Origin: a virus
Strand: one strand, 5' to 3'
Virus record (IMG/VR): IMGVR_UViG_3300031413_000013
Span: 1 to 46,580 of that record
DNA length: 46,580 nt
Part shown: positions 1 through 8,012 of the stretch, piece by piece
How positions within the stretch are numbered: position 1 is the first letter of the stretch
Layout: each line of letters begins with the position of its first letter
The notes under the pieces: generated by a model
The model's database searches: none
Told to the model about the DNA's origin: nothing
What the model saw: the letters and a program-made list of their open reading frames with translations, nothing else
Program-made: the position numbers and the translations under genes

Positions 1-115
1 GCATCGTCAGCACGCTGTTGAAGCCCTGCAGCACGATCTCGGTCGAATACTTGTCCTGGCCCTGCGCGTCCTGCCATTTGCGGGTCTGGAGCGCGCCCTC
101 GATATAGACCTTCGA
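1..115. repeat. Terminal overlap copy 1. Identical to 46466-46580 and indicates a circular or circularly permuted molecule of 46,465 bp.
   Basis: Base-by-base comparison of the first 115 nt (gcatcgtcagcacgctg...gaccttcga) with the last 115 nt. Confidence 0.95.
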
Positions 116-340
116 GCCCTTGCGCAGGTACTTCTCAGCGACGTTCGCCAGACCCTCGTTGAAGATGGCGACGCTATGCCACTCGGTCTTCTCCTTGCGC
201 TCGCCGCTTCCCTTGTCCTTCCAGCTCTCCGAGGTCGCGATGCGGAGGTTGACCACCTTACCGCCGTTCTGGAATGCCTTGCTTTCCGGATCCCGCCCCA
301 GATTGCCGACGATAATTACCTTGTTGACGCTGCCAGCCAT
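1..340 (-). CDS. ssb: Single-stranded DNA-binding protein, N-terminal OB-fold part. The ORF continues across the junction into 46335-46580.
   Basis: Reverse translation from the ATG at 338-340 gives [40 protein letters not shown]...WHSVAIF...[13 protein letters not shown]. After removing the 115-nt overlap the two parts join in frame (471 nt, 156 aa). Confidence 0.9.
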   Translation of the reverse strand, partial: MAGSVNKVIIVGNLGRDPESKAFQNGGKVVNLRIATSESWKDKGSGERKEKTEWHSVAIFNEGLANVAEKYLRKGSKVYIEGALQTRKWQDAQGQDKYSTEIVLQGFNSVLTM

Positions 341-367
341 GTTCAGTTTCCTTGCTTGATGTGCGGG

Positions 368-553
368 TCAGCCCGCTTTCCAGAATTGTGCGATGTCCCA
401 GTCGCTGCCGGTGAGTGACCATCGAAGCGCGTTGACCGGGTAAGCCTGGAGCGCAGCGCGCCCGTTGGCCCAGATGACGCGCACTTTGGCGTCAGCAGCC
501 CAGCGAACCGGAGCGCGGCCGGGGTTATCGAAGCGGCGGTCATGCTGCGCCAT
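368..553 (-). CDS. Hypothetical protein (61 aa).
   Basis: An internal ATG (MAQHDRRFDN...) lies 14 nt inside the end of the upstream gene. It is in the same operon and strand as its neighbours. Confidence 0.5.
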   Translation of the reverse strand: MAQHDRRFDNPGRAPVRWAADAKVRVIWANGRAALQAYPVNALRWSLTGSDWDIAQFWKAG

Positions 554-1205
554 CAAGCATCGCGGGATCGAACGGGACGCGAGCCGGCGCCTCATAAGAC
601 TTGGTTGGCCCCTGATAGAGCGCGCGCGAGACATACGATCCGTCCGACAGGCGGCGCATGGCCCCCTGCTCTACCGCGATGCGAAGCCACTGCTCCGGCA
701 CATCGCCGATCGGCTGGCCGTCGCTGATGTTGGTCATCCACCGGTCAAACTGCTCGGCCGTGTAATGCTCGCAAAGGCGCAGCGCGATTTCCTGCGGCGA
801 CGTTGGCGGGCGGTAGTCCGCGATCAGCTCGAGGCACTGCCGGGGCGTCGGGAACCAGTCGAGCGTCTGGCAGGCAGCGCGTGCCATGAATGCCAACGCC
901 TCGTTGCTGTAGCCGCCCAGCAGGCTCGCGTAGACCGCGACCTTCATCTTGCCGGTCATCTCGTCGAGGCCCTTCGAGGGCAGTGCCGCGGACATGAAAG
1001 CCAGATGCTTGGCAAGCTGCTCGCTGCTGGCGGAGGGCTGCGGCGGAGTATGCGTGTTGCGAGCCCAGTCCAGCAGTTCGCGGCACTCAGTGGGGGAAGT
1101 CGGGCGCACCAAAGCCGGAGGCTTCGCGGAGGGCGAAGTTGAACCCGTCGTTGTTACGAGGAGCTGGTCGACGATTGCTGAAAACTGGTTCATGTCGGTT
1201 CCCAT
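540..1205 (-). CDS. Hypothetical early protein (221 aa).
   Basis: Long ORF with a plausible protein-like composition in the leftward early operon. No motif recognised. Confidence 0.65.
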   Translation of the reverse strand: MGTDMNQFSAIVDQLLVTTTGSTSPSAKPPALVRPTSPTECRELLDWARNTHTPPQPSASSEQLAKHLAFMSAALPSKGLDEMTGKMKVAVYASLLGGYSNEALAFMARAACQTLDWFPTPRQCLELIADYRPPTSPQEIALRLCEHYTAEQFDRWMTNISDGQPIGDVPEQWLRIAVEQGAMRRLSDGSYVSRALYQGPTKSYEAPARVPFDPAMLDGAA

Positions 1206-1710
1206 TTTTTGGGGCGTCGGATGGGTAGTTGATTGATCCCCAGCCCTTGGCTGCGGCGTGCTCGACCAATCGGCCGGGTGGCCAGGCCTCGTCGGAGTGC
1301 TCAGCGAGATCCCGCATCACCCCGTCGAGCGCGGTCTGTGAGTTGACCAACCGCTTCCGTTTCCGGTTTGCGAGGAAGTCCGCCCAGTGGGCTGGATCAA
1401 CCCCAACAGGCACCGGCCAAATCCCAGCCTTACGCGCACGGGGTGTATCTCCGTGGGTGGGGGTGGGGTTGTTGGAGGGGTCTGGGGAGGAAGAAGGGGA
1501 GGGGGCGGGGTTTTCCGTGGATTCCGCGGTTTCCGGTGGAATTCCGGTGGATTTAGCCGCCCTTTTACGCTCACGGTCATATGCGCGACGCTTCTCAGCC
1601 ACGGCATCAACCGGCTGCGAAGCCTCCATATCAGCGATGGCCGCGACCAGTGCTTCACCGGTCACGCCAGCGGCGAGAAGATGACGGACAGCGGTCGCGA
1701 TCATGCTCAT
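1087..1710 (-). CDS. Hypothetical early protein (207 aa) with a Pro/Ser-rich linker. Possibly replication-associated, judged by position only.
   Basis: Long ORF. The N-terminal domain MSMIATAVRHLLAAGVTGEALVAAIADME is followed by a low-complexity linker and a C-terminal domain. Its 3' end overlaps the next ORF by about 118 nt. Confidence 0.6.
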   Translation of the reverse strand: MSMIATAVRHLLAAGVTGEALVAAIADMEASQPVDAVAEKRRAYDRERKRAAKSTGIPPETAESTENPAPSPSSSPDPSNNPTPTHGDTPRARKAGIWPVPVGVDPAHWADFLANRKRKRLVNSQTALDGVMRDLAEHSDEAWPPGRLVEHAAAKGWGSINYPSDAPKNGNRHEPVFSNRRPAPRNNDGFNFALREASGFGAPDFPH

Positions 1711-2069
1711 GCAGACACCGGCACGTTATGCGAGCGCAGGAAGGCCGAAACCTCTTCGATCGAGCGGGCCACGGTCCAGCCCCCCCCTGCCCCAACGATG
1801 GCATCCGATGCGTCCTTCTGGGCATCCGTCAGCTTGCCGGTGGCCGTCTTGAGCTCGACCGCGAACAAGCGCCCGTCCCAGACGATCAGGATGTCAGGCG
1901 TGCCGTTCTTGACCCCTGCCAGCTTCATGCGGCGGGACTGAATAGCGCGGCGCTTCACGTCCCCGCCAAGGAACGCGCCGTTGGCAGTTGCAGTCCACCA
2001 CGACGCGCGCGGGAGCGCTACGTTAAGGTAGGCGGCAACCGATGCCTGCAAGGCGTCCTCGGGTCGCAT
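1707..2069 (-). CDS. VRR-NUC domain nuclease (PD-(D/E)xK fold).
   Basis: The motif ...GTPDILIVWDGRLFAVELKTATGKLTDAQK... matches the D...(D/E)xK core of VRR-NUC proteins. Confidence 0.8.
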   Translation of the reverse strand: MRPEDALQASVAAYLNVALPRASWWTATANGAFLGGDVKRRAIQSRRMKLAGVKNGTPDILIVWDGRLFAVELKTATGKLTDAQKDASDAIVGAGGGWTVARSIEEVSAFLRSHNVPVSA

Positions 2070-2356
2070 CAGAAGCCGAACGACGATTGCATGCCAAGCG
2101 CGACCAGATAGGTTTCCAGGATCGCGTTCTCTTCCTGCAGTTCCTCTTTCTTCTTCTTACGGATGGCGAGGATCTTGCGGATCGCCTTGGGGTCGTAGCC
2201 CCGGCCCTTGGCCTCCGACATGACGTCCTTGATGTCGTCGGAGATACCCTTCTTCTCTTCCTCGAGGCGCTCGGCACGTTCGATGATCAGGCGAAGCTCA
2301 TCGGCCGCGACCTGTCCGCCGCCCATGCCGTGCTGTCGTGTGGTCTGTTCGGTCAT
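2069..2356 (-). CDS. gapR: GapR-like DNA-binding protein (DUF2312/UPF0335).
   Basis: [69 protein letters not shown] closely resembles Caulobacter GapR. The start was chosen at the internal ATG 2354-2356, which has an AAGGA ribosome-binding site. Confidence 0.85.
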   Translation of the reverse strand: MTEQTTRQHGMGGGQVAADELRLIIERAERLEEEKKGISDDIKDVMSEAKGRGYDPKAIRKILAIRKKKKEELQEENAILETYLVALGMQSSFGF

Positions 2357-2369
2357 GCTGGTGTCCTTT

Positions 2370-2801
2370 TCAAAGTGAGTTGCTGCCGACACCGCCAAGG
2401 GTGAAGGCGGGGTCAGGGGTGCGGAAATCGGGTGCGGGGAGAAGCCGGGCGCCAGCGTTCAGGCGGGCCATCTGGCTTTCGAAGGATTCGGGCTCGGGCC
2501 AAGGAAAGCGGCTCGAGCTTGAAACGGCTGTCTCGATTTGAGCAGTCGTTTCGGCGACCGCGGCAACGTCGATCGGTCCGACTTCTTTATGAAGGTGTGA
2601 CAGCGAAACGTTCTTGGGCCGCTTGTCAGAGCCTTTCCGAAGCATAGTCTTCCGAATGGACCGGATCTGCTCCAGCGTGACCGGAGCCCCGGATATTGAC
2701 CGCTGCAACATCGAGTGCACGTCTTTCTGGCTGAATGTCTCGAGCAGGATCCAGATCAGCCGATGCTGAGCGGTGACCGCGGGGTTTGCAGGACCGGTCA
2801 T
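2370..2801 (-). CDS. Hypothetical protein (143 aa).
   Basis: The internal ATG at 2799-2801 forms an ATGA overlap with the upstream stop. Confidence 0.6.
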   Translation of the reverse strand: MTGPANPAVTAQHRLIWILLETFSQKDVHSMLQRSISGAPVTLEQIRSIRKTMLRKGSDKRPKNVSLSHLHKEVGPIDVAAVAETTAQIETAVSSSSRFPWPEPESFESQMARLNAGARLLPAPDFRTPDPAFTLGGVGSNSL

Positions 2802-2998
2802 GCTGCTCTCGCCTTCCGACGGTGATAGCTCTCGCGGCAAACCCGGCGACGGCAGAGGCGGCACGCAGGCGCGTTGCCGGCACCCATGCTCTGGGTATTT
2901 TCTGGCGTCCGGGGGTGACCGCACGGATAATGCTTGTTGGTGCCGTTACGGCCGACCGCCGCGCGCAAGCCATCATCGGGAACGAGAGGCTTCGTCAT
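2798..2998 (-). CDS. Small Cys/His-rich protein; HNH-like zinc-ribbon phage protein.
   Basis: ...HYPCGHPRTPENTQSMGAGNAPACRLCRR... follows the C-x-GH...N...C-R-x-C pattern of small phage HNH-like proteins. ATGA overlaps occur at both ends. Confidence 0.55.
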   Translation of the reverse strand: MTKPLVPDDGLRAAVGRNGTNKHYPCGHPRTPENTQSMGAGNAPACRLCRRRVCRESYHRRKARAA

Positions 2999-3207
2999 GC
3001 CCGGCGCTCCAGCGTGACGCCGTTCTCAATGAACCGGATCCCGGCCTTGAACAGCGCGTTTTCGATGAGGTAGCCGTGGACTGGCTTCTCACCAGACTCG
3101 ACATAATGCGTCGTCCGGATGGGGGCGTTGGCGAAGCGATCGAGGCGGGCCTGGTTCCAACCCAGGAGAGCGCGGGCGGCTCTGATCTGGCGTGGCTCGA
3201 CGGTCAT
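2995..3207 (-). CDS. XRE-type helix-turn-helix DNA-binding protein.
   Basis: MTVEPRQIRAARALLGWNQARLDRFANAPIRTTHYVESGEKP is a typical HTH_3-like motif. Confidence 0.7.
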   Translation of the reverse strand: MTVEPRQIRAARALLGWNQARLDRFANAPIRTTHYVESGEKPVHGYLIENALFKAGIRFIENGVTLERRA

Positions 3208-3392
3208 GCCTTCCACCCCAGCTTGGCGATACGGCCGGTTGCGACGCACTCACGAAGAGCCTCAAGGGTCGCAGCGCGCTTGGCCTTGCTGACCCGGGCG
3301 AGGTTGCTGAGAACCTTCGCTGCTTCCGATGGGGTGATGCTGACAGGCTCGCGCTTGGCGAACGGCCAGAAGAGGTTGCTGCGGGGGTTCAT
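3204..3392 (-). CDS. Hypothetical protein (62 aa).
   Basis: ORF coupled to both neighbours by ATGA overlaps. Confidence 0.55.
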   Translation of the reverse strand: MNPRSNLFWPFAKREPVSITPSEAAKVLSNLARVSKAKRAATLEALRECVATGRIAKLGWKA

Positions 3393-3820
3393 GCTGCAAT
3401 TCCCCCGACGATCTGCATGACCATGCAGCCGAGAGCGGCGTCCTCACCCGGCCCAATGTCGCGGCCTGCTTCGCTATCAGGGTGATGCGCGCGGTTCTTT
3501 TCGGCAACGTAGTGTGCCGCCATCTCACAGAGCGCATCGTGATCGACGGACTCAGGAGCGCGGACGATTTGATAACCATCGGGCAGCAGCAGCGAGAGGA
3601 GGTCGAGCGGGAGTGCCTTACCGTCCAGCATCCGGTACAGCGCCGCTACGGACATGACCGCAGGCTGGGCGTTCTGGTCTTCCGGGAAATACGACATGAC
3701 AGTGGAAGGAGAATCCCAACCGCCATCAAACTGGACCTGTTTGATCGCAATGTGGCGATCGTTCATCTGGCGACGGACGAGCTTTTGACGCTCGCGGACG
3801 ATCGTGGTGCTGTCACGCAT
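3389..3820 (-). CDS. Hypothetical protein (143 aa).
   Basis: The internal ATG at 3818-3820 (MRDSTTIVRERQKL...) was chosen. The longer upstream extension is Cys/Ser-rich and looks like nonsense. Confidence 0.6.
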   Translation of the reverse strand: MRDSTTIVRERQKLVRRQMNDRHIAIKQVQFDGGWDSPSTVMSYFPEDQNAQPAVMSVAALYRMLDGKALPLDLLSLLLPDGYQIVRAPESVDHDALCEMAAHYVAEKNRAHHPDSEAGRDIGPGEDAALGCMVMQIVGGIAA

Positions 3821-4052
3821 GATCTTGCTCCGTTTTGGGTGAGATAGAACCGTTATGGAAATCATGGATCGCCCGAACCTGCGCTGCGACGCGCCAATCG
3901 ATTTCAGACTGCACGTCGCCAGACTGATGCTCATCTGGTTCTGGGCTAGCTGGCCCGAGCAGACGCTGGGCGCGGTTGGCACGCAGCACGTCGATGAAGA
4001 CGAGAACCGCGAACACGATGGTCGCAATGGCTATGGTGGTGCCGGGGGTCAT
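3813..4052 (-). CDS. Small membrane protein (one predicted TM helix).
   Basis: MTPGTTIAIATIVFAVLVFIDVL... The start forms an ATGA overlap with the upstream stop. Confidence 0.55.
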   Translation of the reverse strand: MTPGTTIAIATIVFAVLVFIDVLRANRAQRLLGPASPEPDEHQSGDVQSEIDWRVAAQVRAIHDFHNGSISPKTEQDHA

Positions 4053-4324
4053 GCGGTCACCGGTGCGGCAGGGAGCGGCATCCAGTGAGTGGCTTCGACA
4101 AGGGGAAAAGACGCGAAGCCATGCACGCCGACAAAGCCACCGGTGCCTACGCGCCAGCCAGAAGCGGTTGGGTAGGCGACGTGCGCCCACGAGATTTCCA
4201 TCTCGCCAACCGGCTCTCCGTCTTCGTCAGTCGGCTGGTAAAAATTGCCGACCACGATCTCGTTGTGGAGGATGCGATGCGTCGACCCCAGCGTGGCGAT
4301 CGGTTGCCATCCCTGCCCGCTCAT
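4049..4324 (-). CDS. DUF551-like phage protein.
   Basis: The C-terminal ...ATHWMPLPAAP resembles the conserved THWMPLPxPP end of DUF551 proteins. Confidence 0.6.
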   Translation of the reverse strand: MSGQGWQPIATLGSTHRILHNEIVVGNFYQPTDEDGEPVGEMEISWAHVAYPTASGWRVGTGGFVGVHGFASFPLVEATHWMPLPAAPVTA

Positions 4325-4866
4325 GCCGCTGCTACCGATGAGGTAGAGGGCTTGCTAACAGGCATCGCCAATTTAACTCGGTCAACGCATGGGGCAAAAC
4401 CGCGGCACATGGCGTCTGTGACATGACCCTTGGTCGCCTCAAACAGATCGCTTTCGCGCCCAGACAAGCTTGGCAGCGTGTCCGCGAATATGCGGCAGAC
4501 AAGATCGCCAGACGCTGTGTTTGTCGGCTCTCGACCGTTCAGATATTCTTTGATGCGGGGCTTGATGACGGCGTTCAGATAAGCCTGATCGACAGGGATC
4601 TGACGAACCAACCGACCATCGTCAGCCGCCTCATCAAGCCATTGCTGAAGATCGGCGGTTGGATAGAACCACTCACCTTTAACCTGATCTTTGGCGAACC
4701 TATGCTTGAGATCCTTTTCGCAATCCGTACCGATCAGGGCGACGATGCGAATATCCCAAGGCACACCTGTCTGAAGCGTAGACATCCGCGCCTTAAGCGA
4801 ACGCGTGCGACCGAACTTCACCAGCCGATCGGGACTGTCCATTTGAATGATATACGTGATGCTCAT
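4321..4866 (-). CDS. T5orf172 / MUG113 (GIY-YIG-like) domain protein, copy 1.
   Basis: MSITYIIQMDSPDRLVKFGRTRSLKARMSTLQTG...EKDLHRF...GEWF is the T5orf172 signature. Confidence 0.7.
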   Translation of the reverse strand: MSITYIIQMDSPDRLVKFGRTRSLKARMSTLQTGVPWDIRIVALIGTDCEKDLKHRFAKDQVKGEWFYPTADLQQWLDEAADDGRLVRQIPVDQAYLNAVIKPRIKEYLNGREPTNTASGDLVCRIFADTLPSLSGRESDLFEATKGHVTDAMCRGFAPCVDRVKLAMPVSKPSTSSVAAA

Positions 4867-5090
4867 GCTGCCACCTGCGATGCGGAAGGTTTCCATGGCT
4901 CGACCGTTTCCAGCATCGCGATCTGCTCGTCGCTGAGCGCGGCGATCGGCGACGGCTTCCACCCGGTCATGCGGAATATGTGGATTGCCAACGGTCGAGA
5001 CGGCGCGCGACGCGCCTTCACGATCTCGTGTGCGTAGGACTTGCTGATGTCAGCAGCCTCAGCCAGTTTGATGTATGATGGTGCTTCCAT
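4863..5090 (-). CDS. Cro-like small HTH protein; first gene of the leftward operon.
   Basis: 75 aa: MEAPSYIKLAEAADISKSYAHEIVKARRAP... It is divergent from the CI-like gene, with operators in between. Confidence 0.6.
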   Translation of the reverse strand: MEAPSYIKLAEAADISKSYAHEIVKARRAPSRPLAIHIFRMTGWKPSPIAALSDEQIAMLETVEPWKPSASQVAA

Positions 5091-5097
5091 TCCCAGA

Positions 5098-5183
5098 CAT
5101 TCGCAGATTGCGAATGTGTTTGCAAGCGCCGATTTTCGCAGAAGCGGGAACGACCGAAATGGTTCAATACCGCAATATGCGAA
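5098..5183. promoter_or_regulatory. Operator cluster 1 in the divergent cro-like/cI-like intergenic region.
   Basis: There is a perfect palindrome CATTCGCA-GAT-TGCGAATG at 5098-5116, a half-site TTCGCA at 5135-5140 and an imperfect site ACCGCA-ATA-TGCGAA at 5169-5183 that abuts the ATG at 5185. Confidence 0.7.
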
Positions 5184-5184
5184 C

Positions 5185-5517
5185 ATGGAAGACGAAGACA
5201 AAAACGGTGGCCCGAACCACCTTCGTGCGTGGATGATTTACCGCGATATGAAGGGTGTCGAGCTGGCCAAGGCGCTCGGTGGCAACGTGACGCCGGGAAT
5301 GGTCAGCGACCTCGCTAACGGCAATCGGGCGCTATCCGCCAAGTGGCTGCGTCGTCTAGCTCCGCTATTGGGGACCACGCCAGGCATGTTGCTCGATCAC
5401 GATCCACGCGAGCTGTCGGCTGATCTGCTGGATATATGGGGCAACGCCGATCCCGCGCAGCGCCGACAGCTTATTGACGTGGCAAAGGCAATCGTGCGCA
5501 CCGGGACGGACGGCTAA
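5185..5517 (+). CDS. CI-like XRE-family repressor (110 aa, no peptidase domain).
   Basis: ...LRAWMIYRDMKGVELAKALGGNVTPGMVSDLANGNRALSAKWLRRLAPLLG is an HTH motif. The gene is flanked on both sides by the same operator palindrome. Confidence 0.7.
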   Translation: MEDEDKNGGPNHLRAWMIYRDMKGVELAKALGGNVTPGMVSDLANGNRALSAKWLRRLAPLLGTTPGMLLDHDPRELSADLLDIWGNADPAQRRQLIDVAKAIVRTGTDG

Positions 5518-5526
5518 TACCGTCCC
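5503..5526 (+). terminator. Hairpin spanning the cI-like stop codon; possible terminator.
   Basis: GGGACGG (5503-5509) pairs with CCGTCCC (5520-5526) around a 10-nt loop. Only a weak T-rich tract follows. Confidence 0.35.
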
Positions 5527-5537
5527 GATAGAAATGT

Positions 5538-5585
5538 TTCGCAGATTGCGAATTATCATTTGACGTAACATTCGCAATCTGCGAA
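5538..5585. promoter_or_regulatory. Operator cluster 2 plus a candidate rightward early promoter.
   Basis: TTCGCA-GAT-TGCGAA lies at 5538-5552 and TTCGCA-ATC-TGCGAA at 5571-5585. TTGACG at 5560-5565 could serve as a -35 element, which would place the second operator over the spacer and -10 region. Confidence 0.65.
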
Positions 5586-5637
5586 CACGGTCCCAACAGG
5601 AAGCGCATCCGGCGCCGCCTGATTGGGAGACGCCACA

Positions 5638-6069
5638 GTGGCTACCGATCCAAACCTTACTGACGAGCAGCGCGCCAATCTTGCGAAGCTGGCGGCATAT
5701 CTTCGTACCCTTCCAGCCGAATATCCTGACTTCGCAATGGACGACTTCACCGCGACCGGAGAGCGTCTAGCCAATCGGGCAGAATGTGGGACCGCGGCAT
5801 GCGCTGCGGGGCATGGGCTGCATGCTGGGATCGCTGCGCTGCCGGGTGAAACTTGGATGGACTATTCGGAGCGCGCGTTTGCCCCGGATGACCACTCGCC
5901 CTCGGCCTGGGATTGGTGCTTTTCGGGGTCGTGGAGCGATGTCGACAACACGGCCCACGGCGCTGCGGCGCGGATCGAATACATGCTGGCATGCGGAGTT
6001 CCGGCGAATGCCAGCACCATGCGCTATGGCGGCGATCAGGCTGACTACCGCGCTGTGGTGTCGGCATGA
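5638..6069 (+). CDS. Hypothetical protein.
   Basis: ORF 5623-6069. The GTG at 5638 is preferred because GGGAGA lies 8 nt upstream. A TTG start at 5623 is also possible. Confidence 0.6.
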   Translation: MATDPNLTDEQRANLAKLAAYLRTLPAEYPDFAMDDFTATGERLANRAECGTAACAAGHGLHAGIAALPGETWMDYSERAFAPDDHSPSAWDWCFSGSWSDVDNTAHGAAARIEYMLACGVPANASTMRYGGDQADYRAVVSA

Positions 6070-6431
6070 ACTCCCCCGCCCTCATCATCGCCTTCCCGGC
6101 GCCCCGCCCCGCCCTCGTCCGCTGGTACGATCAACCCGAAGCACAGGCGTTGCTCGCCAGCCTGACGAAGCGCCAGCCCGACCAGCAGCATTTCCGCGAC
6201 GAGTGGCAGCAGGGCTTCCAGTACGTCGGCTCGCGGGTCGATCACCTTCGCAAGCTGTACGATCGGTTTGGCGAGGAAGTGCATGCGCTGTGCACCGAGG
6301 CGTATTTCAACATAGGTCCCGATGCACCGCAGGCCGCGATTGACGCAGCTTACGCGCCCCTCGTCGCATGGTCGCAGGAGACTGTGGACGCGGTGATCGA
6401 TCGCGCTCTGGGCCGGGGTAACGCGGCATGA
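6066..6431 (+). CDS. Hypothetical protein (121 aa).
   Basis: ORF translationally coupled to its neighbours by overlapping stop and start codons. Confidence 0.6.
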   Translation: MNSPALIIAFPAPRPALVRWYDQPEAQALLASLTKRQPDQQHFRDEWQQGFQYVGSRVDHLRKLYDRFGEEVHALCTEAYFNIGPDAPQAAIDAAYAPLVAWSQETVDAVIDRALGRGNAA

Positions 6432-6742
6432 ACGCCCTCACGCAAGCCGAGCGCGATACGCTCAACGCTGCCGAGCAGATCCTGCTGCGCAAGCTGGCGG
6501 TCCCCGGCGAGGTAGTGATGACCAGCCTACATGCGGGCTGGCAGAACGTATCGGTATCGTATTTCACCCCGAACCACGTTCACCACACGTCGCTCTGGCG
6601 TCCGGGCTGCGAAACGCTGGCCGACAAGATCGACTACGCGCTGGAGTTGAAGGCCGACGAGGAAGGCCGCGCCGAGCAGATCAAGCGGGAGCGCATTGCC
6701 AAGCTTAAGGCCGAACTCGATGCACTGGAAACGGCAGCATGA
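6428..6742 (+). CDS. Hypothetical protein (104 aa).
   Basis: Coupled ORF in the rightward early operon. Confidence 0.6.
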   Translation: MNALTQAERDTLNAAEQILLRKLAVPGEVVMTSLHAGWQNVSVSYFTPNHVHHTSLWRPGCETLADKIDYALELKADEEGRAEQIKRERIAKLKAELDALETAA

Positions 6743-6924
6743 GCGCCCTCCACACCCTCCCCATCCCCTTCGTCAACCCTGACGACATGGAGGATACGGG
6801 CGCCCAGATCCTCGCTCTGCTCGCGTCCTGCCGATCGTTCGACCGCATGGCCGATGCGCTTGCTGCCGACCTTGCCGCCAACCGTGCGCGGATTGCCGCT
6901 CGCACTCAGGAGCTAGCCCGATGA
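6739..6924 (+). CDS. Hypothetical protein (61 aa).
   Basis: Coupled ORF. Confidence 0.5.
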   Translation: MSALHTLPIPFVNPDDMEDTGAQILALLASCRSFDRMADALAADLAANRARIAARTQELAR

Positions 6925-7142
6925 GCAGCGACAAGCAGCTTCACGCGCAACTCGCCCGCTACATGGATGCCAAGGCATTCGAGGCCGTAAAGGTCGGCAA
7001 GGAGCAGGCCGAAAAGCTCAAGGTTCGGCGCGAGATCGCCACCAAACGCGCCCGCACCGCAGTCCGCTTTTTCCTCAAGCCCGAGAACCTCGCCCGCCTC
7101 AATGCGCAGGCCGCCCTAGCTCAGGAGTCCACCCCATGCTGA
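6921..7142 (+). CDS. Hypothetical protein (73 aa).
   Basis: Coupled ORF. Confidence 0.55.
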   Translation: MSSDKQLHAQLARYMDAKAFEAVKVGKEQAEKLKVRREIATKRARTAVRFFLKPENLARLNAQAALAQESTPC

Positions 7143-7435
7143 TGTTCACGAGAACGCACGCCCGCCTTGCCGCATCCGATGCGAAGAAGATCGGGGAGCA
7201 GGCGAAGCTTATCGAAAAGCTGACGACCCAGAACCGCGAGTTGAAGACCCGCAACGTCGATCTTTGGGCAACCAAGGATGATGCGGTCGAGCGCGCGGAG
7301 AAGGTGTTCGCGGCGAACCTCAAGCTGGCTGCTGAGAACGCCGGGCTTCGTAAGCGCCTGTCTCCGTTCACCACCCTTCCCCCGCGTGGCGCGGGTGGTC
7401 GGTTCGTCTCGGGCAAGCAGGAGCAGGCGGCATGA
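7136..7435 (+). CDS. Hypothetical coiled-coil protein (99 aa).
   Basis: Coupled ORF with a Lys/Glu-rich heptad-like sequence. Confidence 0.55.
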   Translation: MLMFTRTHARLAASDAKKIGEQAKLIEKLTTQNRELKTRNVDLWATKDDAVERAEKVFAANLKLAAENAGLRKRLSPFTTLPPRGAGGRFVSGKQEQAA

Positions 7436-7839
7436 GCACACAATGGACACAGGCGGACGCGATTGCACTCGCCTGCCAGATCGAAGCCATTGCCCCGAAC
7501 TATGGCTGCCACGTCGCGCTAACCGGCGGGCTGCTATATAAGCAGGGCGCTCGCAAAGACGCCGACTTCCTCTTTTACCGCATCCGCCAAGTCGACGAGA
7601 TCGATATGGCCGGTCTGCTGGCGGGCTTGAAGGCGATTGGCGTCGTTAAGACTAGCGGCTTCGGATGGTGCCACAAGGCTAAGTTCAACGGCAAGCCGAT
7701 GGACCTGTTTTTCCCGGAAGAGGAAGACGGCGAGTACGAGCGCGCGGACCCGGATGATTTGCCGGATCCCGATCGACAGCGTGATCAGATGATTGACGAT
7801 GCGGCGTTCTGGGCTTCGGTCGGGGAGTTGGAGGCATGA
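7432..7839 (+). CDS. Minimal pol-beta-type nucleotidyltransferase-like protein.
   Basis: HVALTGGLLYKQGARKDADFLFY fits the hG[GS]-x9-13-DhD nucleotidyltransferase signature. The protein is 135 aa. Confidence 0.45.
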   Translation: MSTQWTQADAIALACQIEAIAPNYGCHVALTGGLLYKQGARKDADFLFYRIRQVDEIDMAGLLAGLKAIGVVKTSGFGWCHKAKFNGKPMDLFFPEEEDGEYERADPDDLPDPDRQRDQMIDDAAFWASVGELEA

Positions 7840-8012
7840 ACCGAGTCGACAACGCGCACTGGTCGGCAGCGAGCCGTATCCAGCGCGAGCGCATCATCGC
7901 GGACATGCCTTTCGAGCGCGCCCCTGAGTTCGCCACCCCGCTTCGCACCGTCCTGTTCACCGTCATGGGCGTGACGGTGTTCGCGGCATTCTTCGGAGCG
8001 ATCCTATCATGA
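7836..8012 (+). CDS. Small membrane protein (58 aa; below the ORF-track cutoff).
   Basis: Manual translation gives MNRVDNAHWSAASRIQRERIIADMPFERAPEFATPLRTVLFTVMGVTVFAAFFGAILS*. ATGA overlaps occur at both ends. Confidence 0.5.
   Translation: MNRVDNAHWSAASRIQRERIIADMPFERAPEFATPLRTVLFTVMGVTVFAAFFGAILS

Noticed and set aside
5185-5517. A LexA/CI-type autocleavable repressor.
   Set aside because: The protein is only 110 aa and has no S24 peptidase (Ser...Lys) domain. If it is the repressor, induction must work differently, for example through an antirepressor. None was identified confidently.
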